From a virus: a stretch of DNA of 64,000 bases. The stretch spans positions 32,001-96,000 of IMG/VR virus record IMGVR_UViG_3300012204_000007; one strand, given 5' to 3'. The position numbers were made by a program, and so were the translations under genes. The notes under the pieces were generated by a model that was not told the origin of the DNA, ran no database searches, and was given only the letters and a program-made list of their open reading frames with translations. Positions 27,173-37,476 of the stretch are shown here, one piece after another (position 1 is the stretch's first letter; each line of letters starts with the position of its first letter).

Positions 27173-27938
27173 TAATATTCTCCGAATATGTCTCAAAAGC
27201 CTCTAATTGGGCAACACGCTTGCGCAGTTGCTCAAGTTCCTTGGCATCTTCGCGCCAATCGTACTTCTTGTAGGCGGCATATGTCAGGGGCATCTGCTTG
27301 GCAAATAACCTCTCGATTTCCTGAGCCACCATACGAATTTCATACAGAGCATTAGGGTCATTGCGAAGTGTAAGGAACTGCATCACATTGCGAGGGTTGG
27401 CGGTAGCATAGAACTGGGTCATAATACCGACCGGTAGCACATCTCTTGCTATCTCGCGTGCAATACCAAGCCCCAGCATCTTTTGATAAGCAAACCAAGA
27501 CTCAGTATATGCATACCTAGTTTGATTAAATACTTGTTTATATTGCTCATTATTACCAGGCTCAAATCGGTACGAACCAACTTTCCCAGTCTGGACTAGT
27601 GGTCTATCTGGTGCCGCTACATAGAATCTTGAGTCTAGTTCCTTATACCGGCCCGAGGTCTCGTTATACGACCATGTGCGGTGGCGCATAAACTCACGCG
27701 CCACAAAGATTGGAGTATCTATAAAAAAGGTGAGCGACCCGTGCTCGAATGGCGACATGTGTCGCTCGCGGTAGAGAAAGTTGATAAGCCCTTCTTGCTT
27801 ACCAGACTCAGCCAACTTTTGCTGAGCATCACTACCAAAGTTACTTACCCATGCCGCACGGCACACATCTTCGTCAGATGCATTGCTCTTTATAAGTTCT
27901 ACTGTGCTGTTTGATACAAATTTAAGTTTAGTTGTCAT
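27165..27938 (-). CDS. thyX: Flavin-dependent thymidylate synthase
   Basis: HMSPFEH, REFMRHR-x-W-S-Y-N-E-x-S-x-R-Y signature, AR.VLP. Confidence 0.95.
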   Translation of the reverse strand: MTTKLKFVSNSTVELIKSNASDEDVCRAAWVSNFGSDAQQKLAESGKQEGLINFLYRERHMSPFEHGSLTFFIDTPIFVAREFMRHRTWSYNETSGRYKELDSRFYVAAPDRPLVQTGKVGSYRFEPGNNEQYKQVFNQTRYAYTESWFAYQKMLGLGIAREIARDVLPVGIMTQFYATANPRNVMQFLTLRNDPNALYEIRMVAQEIERLFAKQMPLTYAAYKKYDWREDAKELEQLRKRVAQLEAFETYSENISE

Positions 27939-28176
27939 TATTCCTTAGGTTTTCTACTATCTCGCCAATATTGGCTCTAATCTGGTCCCATGTATATATA
28001 CTAATACCAAATACAGTTCGGCATGCAAAGCATTTGAGTTCTGGTTCTGAGTGCTGTCCGACTACGGGGACAAGTTCGCTCTGACAGTCTGGACATACTA
28101 TCACGGGAGCATCGCCATTGGCTACCGCTGAGCGGTAGACATGAATTGCAGGCCATTTGTCTTCGTCCCTCACCAA
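27928..28176 (-). CDS. Zn-ribbon protein
   Basis: CPDC and CFAC pairs. Confidence 0.65.
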   Translation of the reverse strand: MVRDEDKWPAIHVYRSAVANGDAPVIVCPDCQSELVPVVGQHSEPELKCFACRTVFGISIYTWDQIRANIGEIVENLRNNDN

Positions 28177-28379
28177 TAACCTCTTTTAATACGCTTACTA
28201 GACTTGAAATGGTACCATCGGATGGGAAAGAAATCCATCTCACCGTCAATGTTATTAGTCTTGCATATGTGCCATCTACCGCAATCAGAACATGGTATGA
28301 GAGTTCCTTTGACATAGTGTGATGGATGACCATACATTCTGCATATATGCTTTTCCGAAGGTCCTATGATATCTCTCAT
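28170..28379 (-). CDS. Hypothetical Cys/His protein
   Basis: HIC and CSDCG motifs; operon packing. Confidence 0.5.
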   Translation of the reverse strand: MRDIIGPSEKHICRMYGHPSHYVKGTLIPCSDCGRWHICKTNNIDGEMDFFPIRWYHFKSSKRIKRGYW

Positions 28380-28761
28380 AATTTAACCATAACTTCCATA
28401 AATATTAGAAAGATGCAAATGCCTACAAGCGATAATAATATTATCGCTGGCCAACTCCATCGTGTTCTCATCTTCGCCACTCTATCATCCACCATCTGTG
28501 ACCAAACCATATTTCTACACTTCTATGAAACCTGAAAACCCTAAACCAACCGTTATGATGGCTCTGTGGATACTTAAACCAAGCGGTATCAATCTTCATT
28601 AGGAAGCCTTTCAAGGAAATGGGTACCGGCTCCATCCTTCATCCATACATAGGACTTACCAAAGAGTTCGGTACGAAATAGAAACTTACATCCAGCATCA
28701 ATTAGTAGTTGCAGATATGCTAACTGTGCTTCATCCAACTGCTCATTTATCTGATTACTCA

Positions 28762-28959
28762 TCATGCACCATAGTTGTGTGGTGCGAAGTTCTTGTGGGG
28801 GGTAGTGGGACAGGTCTCATGAGTGAATGTTGCACCATCGTAGCGATGAACTAGACTGCCCTTTCGAATATATACGTTGCATTTGTAACAATACATTGCA
28901 AACGGAGCCGCGATTGTGGTGAAAGTGCTATCTACGAGCGCCTGCTCTGCGAGAGTCAT
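28762..28959 (-). CDS. Small Zn-binding protein
   Basis: CYKC...I.KG...H..C; RBS AAAGGA. Confidence 0.6.
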   Translation of the reverse strand: MTLAEQALVDSTFTTIAAPFAMYCYKCNVYIRKGSLVHRYDGATFTHETCPTTPHKNFAPHNYGA

Positions 28960-28997
28960 TGTCTTCCTTTCGGTAGGTGATGAACAACGGTACCATA

Positions 28998-29216
28998 CTA
29001 GAATGGGGGTGTCAACTCTTCTGTACTAAGGATTTCCTTGCCGGGCGTGGGGTGTCTATCACGGCTTGCACGGAGTTCATCATAACACTTCACATGTGCA
29101 AGATGTGAACCTTGCTTCTTGGTGCAGTCAAAGTAGACCAAAGTGCTGTGTGGGAACTCTTTTTTGCAGATTGCACACATTCCCGCTCTTATTGTTAATC
29201 CTGTCCATGCTGGCAA
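28998..29216 (-). CDS. Small Zn-binding protein
   Basis: CAIC...H..C, similar pattern to the neighbouring ORF. Confidence 0.55.
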   Translation of the reverse strand: MPAWTGLTIRAGMCAICKKEFPHSTLVYFDCTKKQGSHLAHVKCYDELRASRDRHPTPGKEILSTEELTPPF

Positions 29217-29438
29217 AAGAAAATCCCCTAATAACCCCTTAAGAAAAGTATTACTTCAAAGAAGTAATACTAGAACTTGTTTTATATTATATTAATATAA
29301 TATGTAACTCTTAGTTACACTCTTGTTAGTATACTTGTATTGGTGTTCTTCCTTAGGACCAATTATACACAGCATATGTCAAGTTGGCACCATTGTCAAG
29401 TTACGATAGAATAGATGTATCTAGATAGGATTTTATAA

Positions 29439-30374
29439 ATGAAGGTTTCTTTTAACCAAACTAGTTCCCCAAACGTCAGGGCTACTAATGGATATGGCTA
29501 TGCTGCCAAGATGTGCAGGGAGTCTTTGATAAGGCTTGGACATTCTGTAGATTGGCGTGACGATACCGCCGATGTTGAGATTAACTTCATTCAACCCGAG
29601 AACTGGCACTGGACGGGCCCATATCGTATAGCCTATCTTCCTTGGGAGTCTACAGGGCTGCGCGACGGCTGGTCCTCGCTGTTGAACGAGGTTGACGAGG
29701 TCTGGACGCCCTCACCAGTAATCGCACAGTGGTTTGCGGACGCTGGGGTCACCAAGAACATACGCATTTATGAGCATGGCGTAGAGAGGCTCTGGGAGCC
29801 CTATCTGAGACCGCTCGACGGCACTTTCCGCATTCTTCACCATGGCGGTGAGGCTTTGCGCAAGGGCGGTAACGAGACAATCCGCGCCTTCCTTACCAAG
29901 TTAGGCGACGAGGATGCTCAACTCGTGTTGAAGATGATTCTTCAACAGTTTAACCTCCACGACACAAAGCACATCCAACTTCTTCTAAAGAAGGTTGATA
30001 TTGATGAACTTGTTGCAATCTATCACGGATGTAGCATGTTTTGCTATCCTTCGTGGGGAGAAGGGTTTGGCCTAACTCCGTTACAGGCAATGGCGACCGG
30101 TATGCCTATTTTGATTACCGATGGCTGGGCACCATATGCCAGATTCATTCCTGAGAATAGCTTAATAAAATCTGAGTTAGTTGAGTCTCCTTGGCAGTCA
30201 CATCATCCTGGGATGATGTTCAAGCCAGATGAAGACGACCTACGAGATAAACTGCGCTGGCACTTTGATAACCGTGAATCAGAACGAGACCGCGCATTCA
30301 ATATTGCTGAAACAGTACGTTCTGAGTATGATTGGGACACACTAACAGCCGCAGCATTCGCTCATCTTATCTAA
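29439..30374 (+). CDS. GT-B (family 4-like) glycosyltransferase
   Basis: RKG and YPSWGEGFGLTPLQAMATG motifs. Confidence 0.9.
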   Translation: MKVSFNQTSSPNVRATNGYGYAAKMCRESLIRLGHSVDWRDDTADVEINFIQPENWHWTGPYRIAYLPWESTGLRDGWSSLLNEVDEVWTPSPVIAQWFADAGVTKNIRIYEHGVERLWEPYLRPLDGTFRILHHGGEALRKGGNETIRAFLTKLGDEDAQLVLKMILQQFNLHDTKHIQLLLKKVDIDELVAIYHGCSMFCYPSWGEGFGLTPLQAMATGMPILITDGWAPYARFIPENSLIKSELVESPWQSHHPGMMFKPDEDDLRDKLRWHFDNRESERDRAFNIAETVRSEYDWDTLTAAAFAHLI

Positions 30375-30458
30375 GCAAAAATTTATCTGAGTGGGTCGCC
30401 TTAGAACCCATACGCTGCTATGCTTAGAGAACCACATTTTTTACTAGGAGCGTTAAAA

Positions 30459-32408
30459 TTGAACACTATTTTGGATGAAAAGGGCATGATTAAAGACTCT
30501 TACAGGTCTTTCATTGCAGCAAGTCGTTACAGTAGATGGCTCGATGACGAAGGTCGTCGTGAGTCATGGACAGAGACGGTAGATAGATATATTAACTATA
30601 TGCATAACCATGTTAATACAAACTATACCGGCGCAATTTCTGACACATTTTGGTTAGAAGCCAGAGAGGCAATTCTTAATCATAAGGTTATGCCGTCTAT
30701 GCGGGCGCTGATGACAGCCGGTAAAGCATTGGAGCGTGAGAACCTAGCATCCTATAACTGTTCATTTATTGCAATTGATGACCCGAGGTCATTTGATGAA
30801 GCGCTTTATATCCTGATGAATGGTGTTGGTTTAGGATTTTCTGTAGAAAAAGAGCATATTGCTAAACTACCACTCGTAGATGAGCATTTTGAGCAGTCTG
30901 GCTCAACCATCGTGGTTGCAGACTCTAAGGCAGGATGGGCGCGTGGTCTGCGTGAGTTGATTGCAATGCTTTACGCTGGTCAGATTCCCAGCATTGATAT
31001 TACTAATGTTCGCCCAGCGGGAGCAAGATTGAAGACATTCGGTGGCCGCGCCAGCGGGCCACAGCCTCTAATCGACCTATTTGACTTTACTATTGATATC
31101 TTCAAGAATGCCGCCGGTAGGAAACTAACCCCAATCGAAGCACATGACATTATGTGTAAAATTGGAGAGGTGGTAGTTGTTGGTGGTGTTCGTCGCAGCG
31201 CACTTATCTCTTTGTCTGACCTATCCGACTATGATATGGCTAAATCAAAGTCTGGCGCATGGTGGGAGTCAGAGCAACAGCGGGCATTGGCCAACAATTC
31301 TGTAGCCTATTACAAGAAGCCTTCTATTGGTGAGTTCTTAACAGAGTGGGGGCATCTATATGAATCTAAGTCGGGCGAGCGCGGTATTATCAATATGGAT
31401 GGTCTTCGCAAGCACACAAATGCCCCACGTAGAGACTTATCTCAAATAATGGGCCTCAACCCTTGCGGAGAGATTCTACTACGCTCTAAGCAGTTGTGCA
31501 ACCTTACAGAAGTGATTGTTGACTCTGAGGATACACCCGCCGACCTCGTAAAGAAAATTGAAATTGCTACAACATTGGGTACCATCCAGTCTAGCCTTAC
31601 AAATTTCAAATATCTTCGAAAGGTTTGGAAAGACAACTGTGAAGAAGAACGTCTATTGGGTGTTTCTCTTACCGGGCAACTTGGACACCAGACATTGTCT
31701 GGTGCGGCAGGTATAGACTCTTTGATACATCTGCTTACACAGATGAAAGAGGTTGCTATTGACCAAAATAGAATAATTGCTGAGTCAATGGGAATTAACA
31801 TTTCCACCGCGATTACTACAGTAAAGCCTTCTGGCACTGTATCTCAGTTAACAGCCTCATCTTCTGGAATGCATCCATGGCACAATGACTATTACATTCG
31901 TTCTGTTCGTGGTGATAACAAGGACCCAATTACAAAGTTCTTAAAGGATATGGATATTCCTAACGAGCCGGATGTAACCAAACCAGGCTCAACAACTGTA
32001 TTTTATTTCCCACAGAAGGCACCAGCACATGCGCTAACACGTAATGACTTGACTGCCATTGAGCATTTGGAAATATGGAAAGCATACAAGCAACATTGGA
32101 CAGAGCATAATCCATCAGTGACAATCAGCGTACGAGAGTCGGAATGGATTGGAGTAGCAAATTGGGTATATCTTAACTGGGATGTAGTCGGCGGTATCTC
32201 ATTTTTGCCTTATAGCAACCATACCTACCGCCAGGCACCATATCAGGACTGTGACGAGTCAACATATAATCAGTTTATGGCTGACATGCCCAGCGAGATT
32301 GACTGGTCATTGCTTTCTGCATATGAATTGGAAGACACTACTACCGGCAGTCAGACTTTGGCCTGCACGTCATCGTCGTGTGAGATAGTAGACATATCAT
32401 CTAAGTAG
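30459..32408 (+). CDS. nrdJ: Class II (B12-dependent) ribonucleotide reductase
   Basis: NCSF, GGVRRSA, NPCGEI, CNL, TTVKPSGT motifs; C-terminal CTSSSC; TTG start with an AGGAG RBS; no small-subunit gene in the window. Confidence 0.9.
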   Translation: MNTILDEKGMIKDSYRSFIAASRYSRWLDDEGRRESWTETVDRYINYMHNHVNTNYTGAISDTFWLEAREAILNHKVMPSMRALMTAGKALERENLASYNCSFIAIDDPRSFDEALYILMNGVGLGFSVEKEHIAKLPLVDEHFEQSGSTIVVADSKAGWARGLRELIAMLYAGQIPSIDITNVRPAGARLKTFGGRASGPQPLIDLFDFTIDIFKNAAGRKLTPIEAHDIMCKIGEVVVVGGVRRSALISLSDLSDYDMAKSKSGAWWESEQQRALANNSVAYYKKPSIGEFLTEWGHLYESKSGERGIINMDGLRKHTNAPRRDLSQIMGLNPCGEILLRSKQLCNLTEVIVDSEDTPADLVKKIEIATTLGTIQSSLTNFKYLRKVWKDNCEEERLLGVSLTGQLGHQTLSGAAGIDSLIHLLTQMKEVAIDQNRIIAESMGINISTAITTVKPSGTVSQLTASSSGMHPWHNDYYIRSVRGDNKDPITKFLKDMDIPNEPDVTKPGSTTVFYFPQKAPAHALTRNDLTAIEHLEIWKAYKQHWTEHNPSVTISVRESEWIGVANWVYLNWDVVGGISFLPYSNHTYRQAPYQDCDESTYNQFMADMPSEIDWSLLSAYELEDTTTGSQTLACTSSSCEIVDISSK

Positions 32409-32469
32409 CGCTGTTTGCTTTTTGAGGACACCTCCCTTATACTTTGTATATAAAGGGAGGTGTTTATTT

Positions 32470-33198
32470 ATGATGAAGAGAACTACTATGGATGGTAAGA
32501 CTGTGAACCAGCGTACTTACGACATGGTAAAATTATGGGAATTCAACTGTCTAGAAGACTTGTTTGTAATTCAAGGCTCTTACAATGCTGGTGGTGTTAG
32601 TGCATCTGCTGGCACGCACGACGGTGGAGGCGCGGTAGATATAAGTGTTAGAGACCTAGGCAGTCTAAGCGCAAAGAGATGGCGCGTAAAGCAGGGCCGT
32701 CTAGCGGGCTTCGCTGCATGGTACCGCCCAACAATCTCAGGACTTTGGTCCGAGCACATTCACGCAATTGCTATCGGTGACCCAGAGATGTCTTCTGGTG
32801 CTAGAAATCAGGTAAGTGCATATTACGATGGTCGTGATGGCCTTGTTAGTAATCTAAGAGACCAAGACCCTCGTGTTAGCCCTATTCCTGTATTTCCTAA
32901 GGTCCCCTTGAAGAAGGTTTCTCTACTTACTGCGTATTGGCAGTTCAAGACTAGTAAGCCGGTATCACGATATGCTGTAAAGCGTATTCAATGGGTGCTT
33001 AACGAGAAGTTGGATGCTGGACTAACCTGCGATGGTGTGGCTGGCCCAAAGACACGTAGCGCTTACAAGCACTGGGAGACAAGAATTGGTGCTCCTGCTG
33101 CTGATGGCGTCCCAGGCAAGTATTCCCTATCTAAACTAGGTCAGGGACGTTTCAAGATGAGCGTTGTTGATTATGAAAAGTGGCTTGCAGGCAAGTAA
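32470..33198 (+). CDS. Endolysin (M15-like Zn peptidase plus peptidoglycan-binding domain)
   Basis: QGSY, SAGTHDGGGAVD and HIH motifs; C-terminal DGVAGPKT...DGVPG. Confidence 0.85.
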   Translation: MMKRTTMDGKTVNQRTYDMVKLWEFNCLEDLFVIQGSYNAGGVSASAGTHDGGGAVDISVRDLGSLSAKRWRVKQGRLAGFAAWYRPTISGLWSEHIHAIAIGDPEMSSGARNQVSAYYDGRDGLVSNLRDQDPRVSPIPVFPKVPLKKVSLLTAYWQFKTSKPVSRYAVKRIQWVLNEKLDAGLTCDGVAGPKTRSAYKHWETRIGAPAADGVPGKYSLSKLGQGRFKMSVVDYEKWLAGK

Positions 33199-33216
33199 CT
33201 ATGGTATAATAGAATT

Positions 33217-33358
33217 ATCCATAAGGATGGTTAGAGTCCCATAGAGACACGACCGGAGTATTACTCCAAAAGTGTAGGTGGATTTTGCTTACCGGAACTT
33301 TAGGATGGTTTATAATTACTGACAATACCCTCGCCTCGGCGGGGGTATTAGTCATTTT
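33217..33358 (+). ncRNA. Candidate small RNA between endolysin and the LamG gene
   Basis: Extended -10 TGGTATAAT ending at 33210; terminator 33320-33358; only 5-codon ORFs inside. Confidence 0.4.
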
Positions 33359-33383
33359 AAGCACAAACTGCTATAATCAAACT

Positions 33384-35018
33384 ATGTACCGTTATTATAT
33401 TCCTAAACGAGCACCGGTAGCATTTTGGATGTGTGATGACACAGTTCCATTCCAAGAATATTCTGGTGTTAACGCTTCCGGCGGTAAGAAAGCAGGGACT
33501 ACAGACCCAACCAAATCCGTACCGCTAGTGGCTGGTGCAGCATTCTCAAGCGTCTTCAAGTCAACGAGCATAGCACAGTTCGCTTGCAATATATTCAAGC
33601 AAGGGCTTGAGCAACGTCCGTTTGCTGTGGAGGCGTGGATTTTGCCTATTCCAAAGACCACTACTGGACCACAGCAGATTTTATCTCATGATGGTGTATT
33701 TGATGGGCTGAGTATCGACGGTAAAGTCATTAAGTTCTCTACCAACTATCTGACACAAGGAAGCGCCGCGTGCGACTTCGACCTGCAAGAGTACAAACTA
33801 GCATATGTTGTTGGGTTACACAATGCAAATCAGAATCAACTATGGGTTAATGGTGAACTGGTCGCGAGTGTCGATATTACTGACTTGCAGAAAGCAGATA
33901 CATATATTGCTACAGACGCATATTTGTATAGCGGATACACAACATCTAATCAGGAACTGGCAATCAATGCGGTTGCATTTTATACCTCTCTTTCTGGTGA
34001 GCAAATTGTGCAGAATTATATGGCGGGTGTTGATTTTATTGGTCAGTCGCGCGTAGGTCCGCAATACGATGGAACAGAGTTCACCTTGGACGCTGCTGCT
34101 GGCGCGGTCTTTCTACGTAATGAATGGGTAGACGAGACAGATTTCAATACCGGTCTGAAAGTAAATGTTGAATATGCACCAGACCAGATAAACCCGGCAT
34201 ATGATGAGACCACAGGTCTTTCCCTCGCCGGTACTTGGACTGCTGCGACACCTTTAGATGCAGGTGGCGACACCAGTATATATGGGGTATTGCTTTCATG
34301 GTCCGGTAAGAATGTAACGGTAGAAACCTCTTTGGACGGAACAACATGGACCGCAGCGACGAATGGTCGCCTAATTAGTACAATTTCCAGCGGATACAAT
34401 CCTACAAATATAGATTTACAGATTAGAGCGTCGTTTGCAGGAGGATTAGCGGTAGACCCAGCGTATTTAGAAAGTGTTACAGTTATAGGCTTCCGTAATA
34501 ATACTATTAACTCAATCGCTAATAGAACTGTAACTGTATCCAGCCCCGGAGTAATGCGTGAAGATTATGAGACCAATCTTTATAGAGATGATAATGGTAT
34601 CAGCATCAATGGTGGGACGCTGACGATTGGAACAGATACCGGTCCAGACCCCGATGTTGCGAGGACGCTTGAACTATGGATTAAACCTAAGGTCGGTACC
34701 CCAACCATCTCTGTCTCTGGAACAAAGTATAGAAATGGTGCTGCTGACGCAACGTTGCCGGTAGGAGAATGGTCATTAATTCATTATGTAGCAGCAGCAG
34801 ATATAGTGACCAATATAACTATTACAGGAGATTGCATAGTCGGTCAAGCAACACTATACCCCACACCATTGAGTGCAACTGATGTTCTGAATATTTATAA
34901 GTCTTATACCGGTGCACAAGTTATACGATTTGTTGACACAAATACCGTTGGCATCTCAGAAGCAGCGACACCAACAGCCATTTATGCACATGATTGGTCA
35001 ATAGACATGGCTGGATAG
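33384..35018 (+). CDS. LamG/concanavalin-like domain virion protein
   Basis: PVAFW..DD, FAVEAWI, LWVNGEL and TLELWIKP motifs; leaderless ATG at 33384 after TGCTATAAT. Confidence 0.8.
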   Translation: MYRYYIPKRAPVAFWMCDDTVPFQEYSGVNASGGKKAGTTDPTKSVPLVAGAAFSSVFKSTSIAQFACNIFKQGLEQRPFAVEAWILPIPKTTTGPQQILSHDGVFDGLSIDGKVIKFSTNYLTQGSAACDFDLQEYKLAYVVGLHNANQNQLWVNGELVASVDITDLQKADTYIATDAYLYSGYTTSNQELAINAVAFYTSLSGEQIVQNYMAGVDFIGQSRVGPQYDGTEFTLDAAAGAVFLRNEWVDETDFNTGLKVNVEYAPDQINPAYDETTGLSLAGTWTAATPLDAGGDTSIYGVLLSWSGKNVTVETSLDGTTWTAATNGRLISTISSGYNPTNIDLQIRASFAGGLAVDPAYLESVTVIGFRNNTINSIANRTVTVSSPGVMREDYETNLYRDDNGISINGGTLTIGTDTGPDPDVARTLELWIKPKVGTPTISVSGTKYRNGAADATLPVGEWSLIHYVAAADIVTNITITGDCIVGQATLYPTPLSATDVLNIYKSYTGAQVIRFVDTNTVGISEAATPTAIYAHDWSIDMAG

Positions 35019-35090
35019 ACCACAATGTGGACAAATCGGTTACACGGATTCTCAATTTGCCTTTAACAAAATATGTAGTACAATCAAAAT

Positions 35091-35432
35091 ATGAAGATGA
35101 AAAGTTTAGGCAAACAAGAAGTAGCAGAGGTACCGTGGGGGACCTATCTATGGCAGATGCCCAATGGTAGTTTTATTGGCGATGGTGAGGGTCATTTCCT
35201 CATGATTGAGGCTATGGAAGGCGACCAGCACCGAATGAAATTGCTAGCGGCAGCAGCACATGACTGCGGTGTTGACGAGGGTATGCCATGTTTCTTTCGT
35301 GGCAACAGAATTGTTAACGATGAAGAGTATGAAGAACAGCAACTGCGACTTAAATTTGGCCTAACTCCGGATAAAATGGATGTGGCGTCTATTAATGAGG
35401 ATAAGAGAAATGCACGCAACAGGCGTAGATGA
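35091..35432 (+). CDS. Hypothetical protein preceding the portal gene
   Basis: Leaderless; G.Y.W.MP.G motif; overlaps the portal start. Confidence 0.7.
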   Translation: MKMKSLGKQEVAEVPWGTYLWQMPNGSFIGDGEGHFLMIEAMEGDQHRMKLLAAAAHDCGVDEGMPCFFRGNRIVNDEEYEEQQLRLKFGLTPDKMDVASINEDKRNARNRRR

Positions 35433-36999
35433 TGACGATGAGCATTATGATATTGATGGCAAAGATGTAATAACACATACTGTCAACGATATCGTTGTAG
35501 AGTCAACCGACCCATTTGCTAAAGACTTTGATTTTGTAAAGTCTCTTGCTGGCGTGCATCCGAACAAGAAGAGGTCGTTAACTGCATTTCAGAAGCGCCA
35601 CGAGGGCGCGGATGGCACTTCTTCAAGCAAAATCGAAGATGACATCATCACTGGCTACAACGCCTTTGAGGTTGTGCTTCCACCATATAATCTAGACTAT
35701 CTAGCCAAACTATACGAGTTGTCGACGCCACACAAGGCGGCGGTAGATGCAAAGATGAGCAATATCGTCGGTTTAGGATATGATTTCATTCCAAGCCCAC
35801 AAACGAAGTTAAAGATGGATGGATTTGACAGTGCTAAGTCTGAGAAGTTTCAGCAGAAACTATCTAGGTTCAAAATAGACCTTTCCGACCATCTGGACGA
35901 CCTCAATGAAGAAGATACATTTACAGAAACTCTACAAAAGGTCTGGAAAGACTACGAGTCAACTGGAAATGGGTATATTGAGATTGGCCGCTCGGACACA
36001 ACCGGAGAAATCGGATATATTGGTCACATTCCATGTACGACGATGCGTATTCGCCGTCAGCGTGACGGGTTCGTTCAGATTATCGCTAATAAGGCAGTAT
36101 TCTTTAGAAACTTTGGTAAGGATGACCCAGACCCAATTGGGCACGATGCCAACCCTAACGAAATCATTCATATCAAGAAGTATGCCCCATCCAGTACATT
36201 TTATGGTGTACCGGATATTGTTGCGGCTAAGACCGCAGTCGCCGGTAATGATTTTAGTGCTAAGTTCAACCTAGACTACTTTGAGAACAAAGCCGTACCG
36301 CGCCACGTCATTATCTTGAAGGGTGCAACAATCAATCCTCGCCTAGCCAAGAACATTCTAGAGTTCTTTGAGACAGGCTTGAAGGGTAAGAATCATCGCT
36401 CTCTATTTATCCCTCTTCCGGGTGACACACCGGACAAGAAGATTGAACTTAAAATCGAGCCGGTAGAGGCTGGAATTCAAGATGCATCATTCAATAACTA
36501 TCGTAAGGCAAATATATCAGAGATTCTAATGGCTCACCGTGTTCCCGTGAACAAAGTTGGTTTGCCAGAAGGTGTATCTTTGGCGGTGGCGCGAGATGCA
36601 GATAAGACATTCAAAGAACAGGTTTGTGGTCCCGAACAAAAGACTCTTGAGAAGAAGTTAAAGAAGGTCTTTAAGGATATTCAGGGAGACCAGTTCCTGT
36701 TTGACTTCAAGTTGACTGAATTGACATTGACCGACGAGGCAACTCAGTCTCAGATTGATGAGCGTCGTATTAAGACCGGTGCTGAGACTGCTAACGAACA
36801 GCGCGCACGTCGCGGTATGCCTGCACATCCAGATGGAGACGAACTTGTTGATTTGAATGCTAAGGCAAATACATTAGCAAGCGAGAATAAAGCAAGCGGT
36901 AACCGCAGTCGTGACTCACAGCGTAGCGCCGCTGCGACAGATTCCCAGGGCGAAGCACGCAGTCCGAAAGGTGAGGGTCGTACTAACAGTACGAAATAA
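35410..36999 (+). CDS. Portal protein
   Basis: GNGYIEI.R, NEIIHIK.Y, YGVPD, FENKAVP and AHRVP motifs; upstream of protease and capsid. Confidence 0.9.
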   Translation: MHATGVDDDDEHYDIDGKDVITHTVNDIVVESTDPFAKDFDFVKSLAGVHPNKKRSLTAFQKRHEGADGTSSSKIEDDIITGYNAFEVVLPPYNLDYLAKLYELSTPHKAAVDAKMSNIVGLGYDFIPSPQTKLKMDGFDSAKSEKFQQKLSRFKIDLSDHLDDLNEEDTFTETLQKVWKDYESTGNGYIEIGRSDTTGEIGYIGHIPCTTMRIRRQRDGFVQIIANKAVFFRNFGKDDPDPIGHDANPNEIIHIKKYAPSSTFYGVPDIVAAKTAVAGNDFSAKFNLDYFENKAVPRHVIILKGATINPRLAKNILEFFETGLKGKNHRSLFIPLPGDTPDKKIELKIEPVEAGIQDASFNNYRKANISEILMAHRVPVNKVGLPEGVSLAVARDADKTFKEQVCGPEQKTLEKKLKKVFKDIQGDQFLFDFKLTELTLTDEATQSQIDERRIKTGAETANEQRARRGMPAHPDGDELVDLNAKANTLASENKASGNRSRDSQRSAAATDSQGEARSPKGEGRTNSTK

Positions 37000-37421
37000 T
37001 GCATAGGTTAGAGCATATCGCACAGGGACTCTTAAAACCAATGAACCCATATGCTTCTCTATTACTTGGACTGCTGACACTGTCATGGGGAGTTTGGATT
37101 ATTAATCCATTTTGGAGCGTATTCGGCACCGCTCAAGTCTATACTAGAGCCGCGCAGTTTGCTCCGGAGTGGGCGTGGGGAACATGGGCTACAATTTGTG
37201 GAATATCAATCTTATACGGAATTTACAAAGGCAGCGCGAGATGGCTGGCATCCTCACTAGGATTTGCTATGTGGCATTGGTTTACGGTCGCCGGTATGTT
37301 GTGGTGGGGTGACTGGCAGAACACGTCAGGCATCACATATACATTCATTGGTTGTTATACCATATTTGCATATTTGAATCTTAAGGTCAACTTCATTGGC
37401 CAGGGCATTAAGCACATATAG
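36999..37421 (+). CDS. Membrane protein (about 4 TM)
   Basis: Hydrophobic and Trp-rich; TAATG-coupled to portal. Confidence 0.7.
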   Translation: MHRLEHIAQGLLKPMNPYASLLLGLLTLSWGVWIINPFWSVFGTAQVYTRAAQFAPEWAWGTWATICGISILYGIYKGSARWLASSLGFAMWHWFTVAGMLWWGDWQNTSGITYTFIGCYTIFAYLNLKVNFIGQGIKHI

Positions 37422-37476
37422 TCTATTTGTTTGCTTAAATTTGGCGTTTAGAAAACTTTAATGATATGATACAAAC

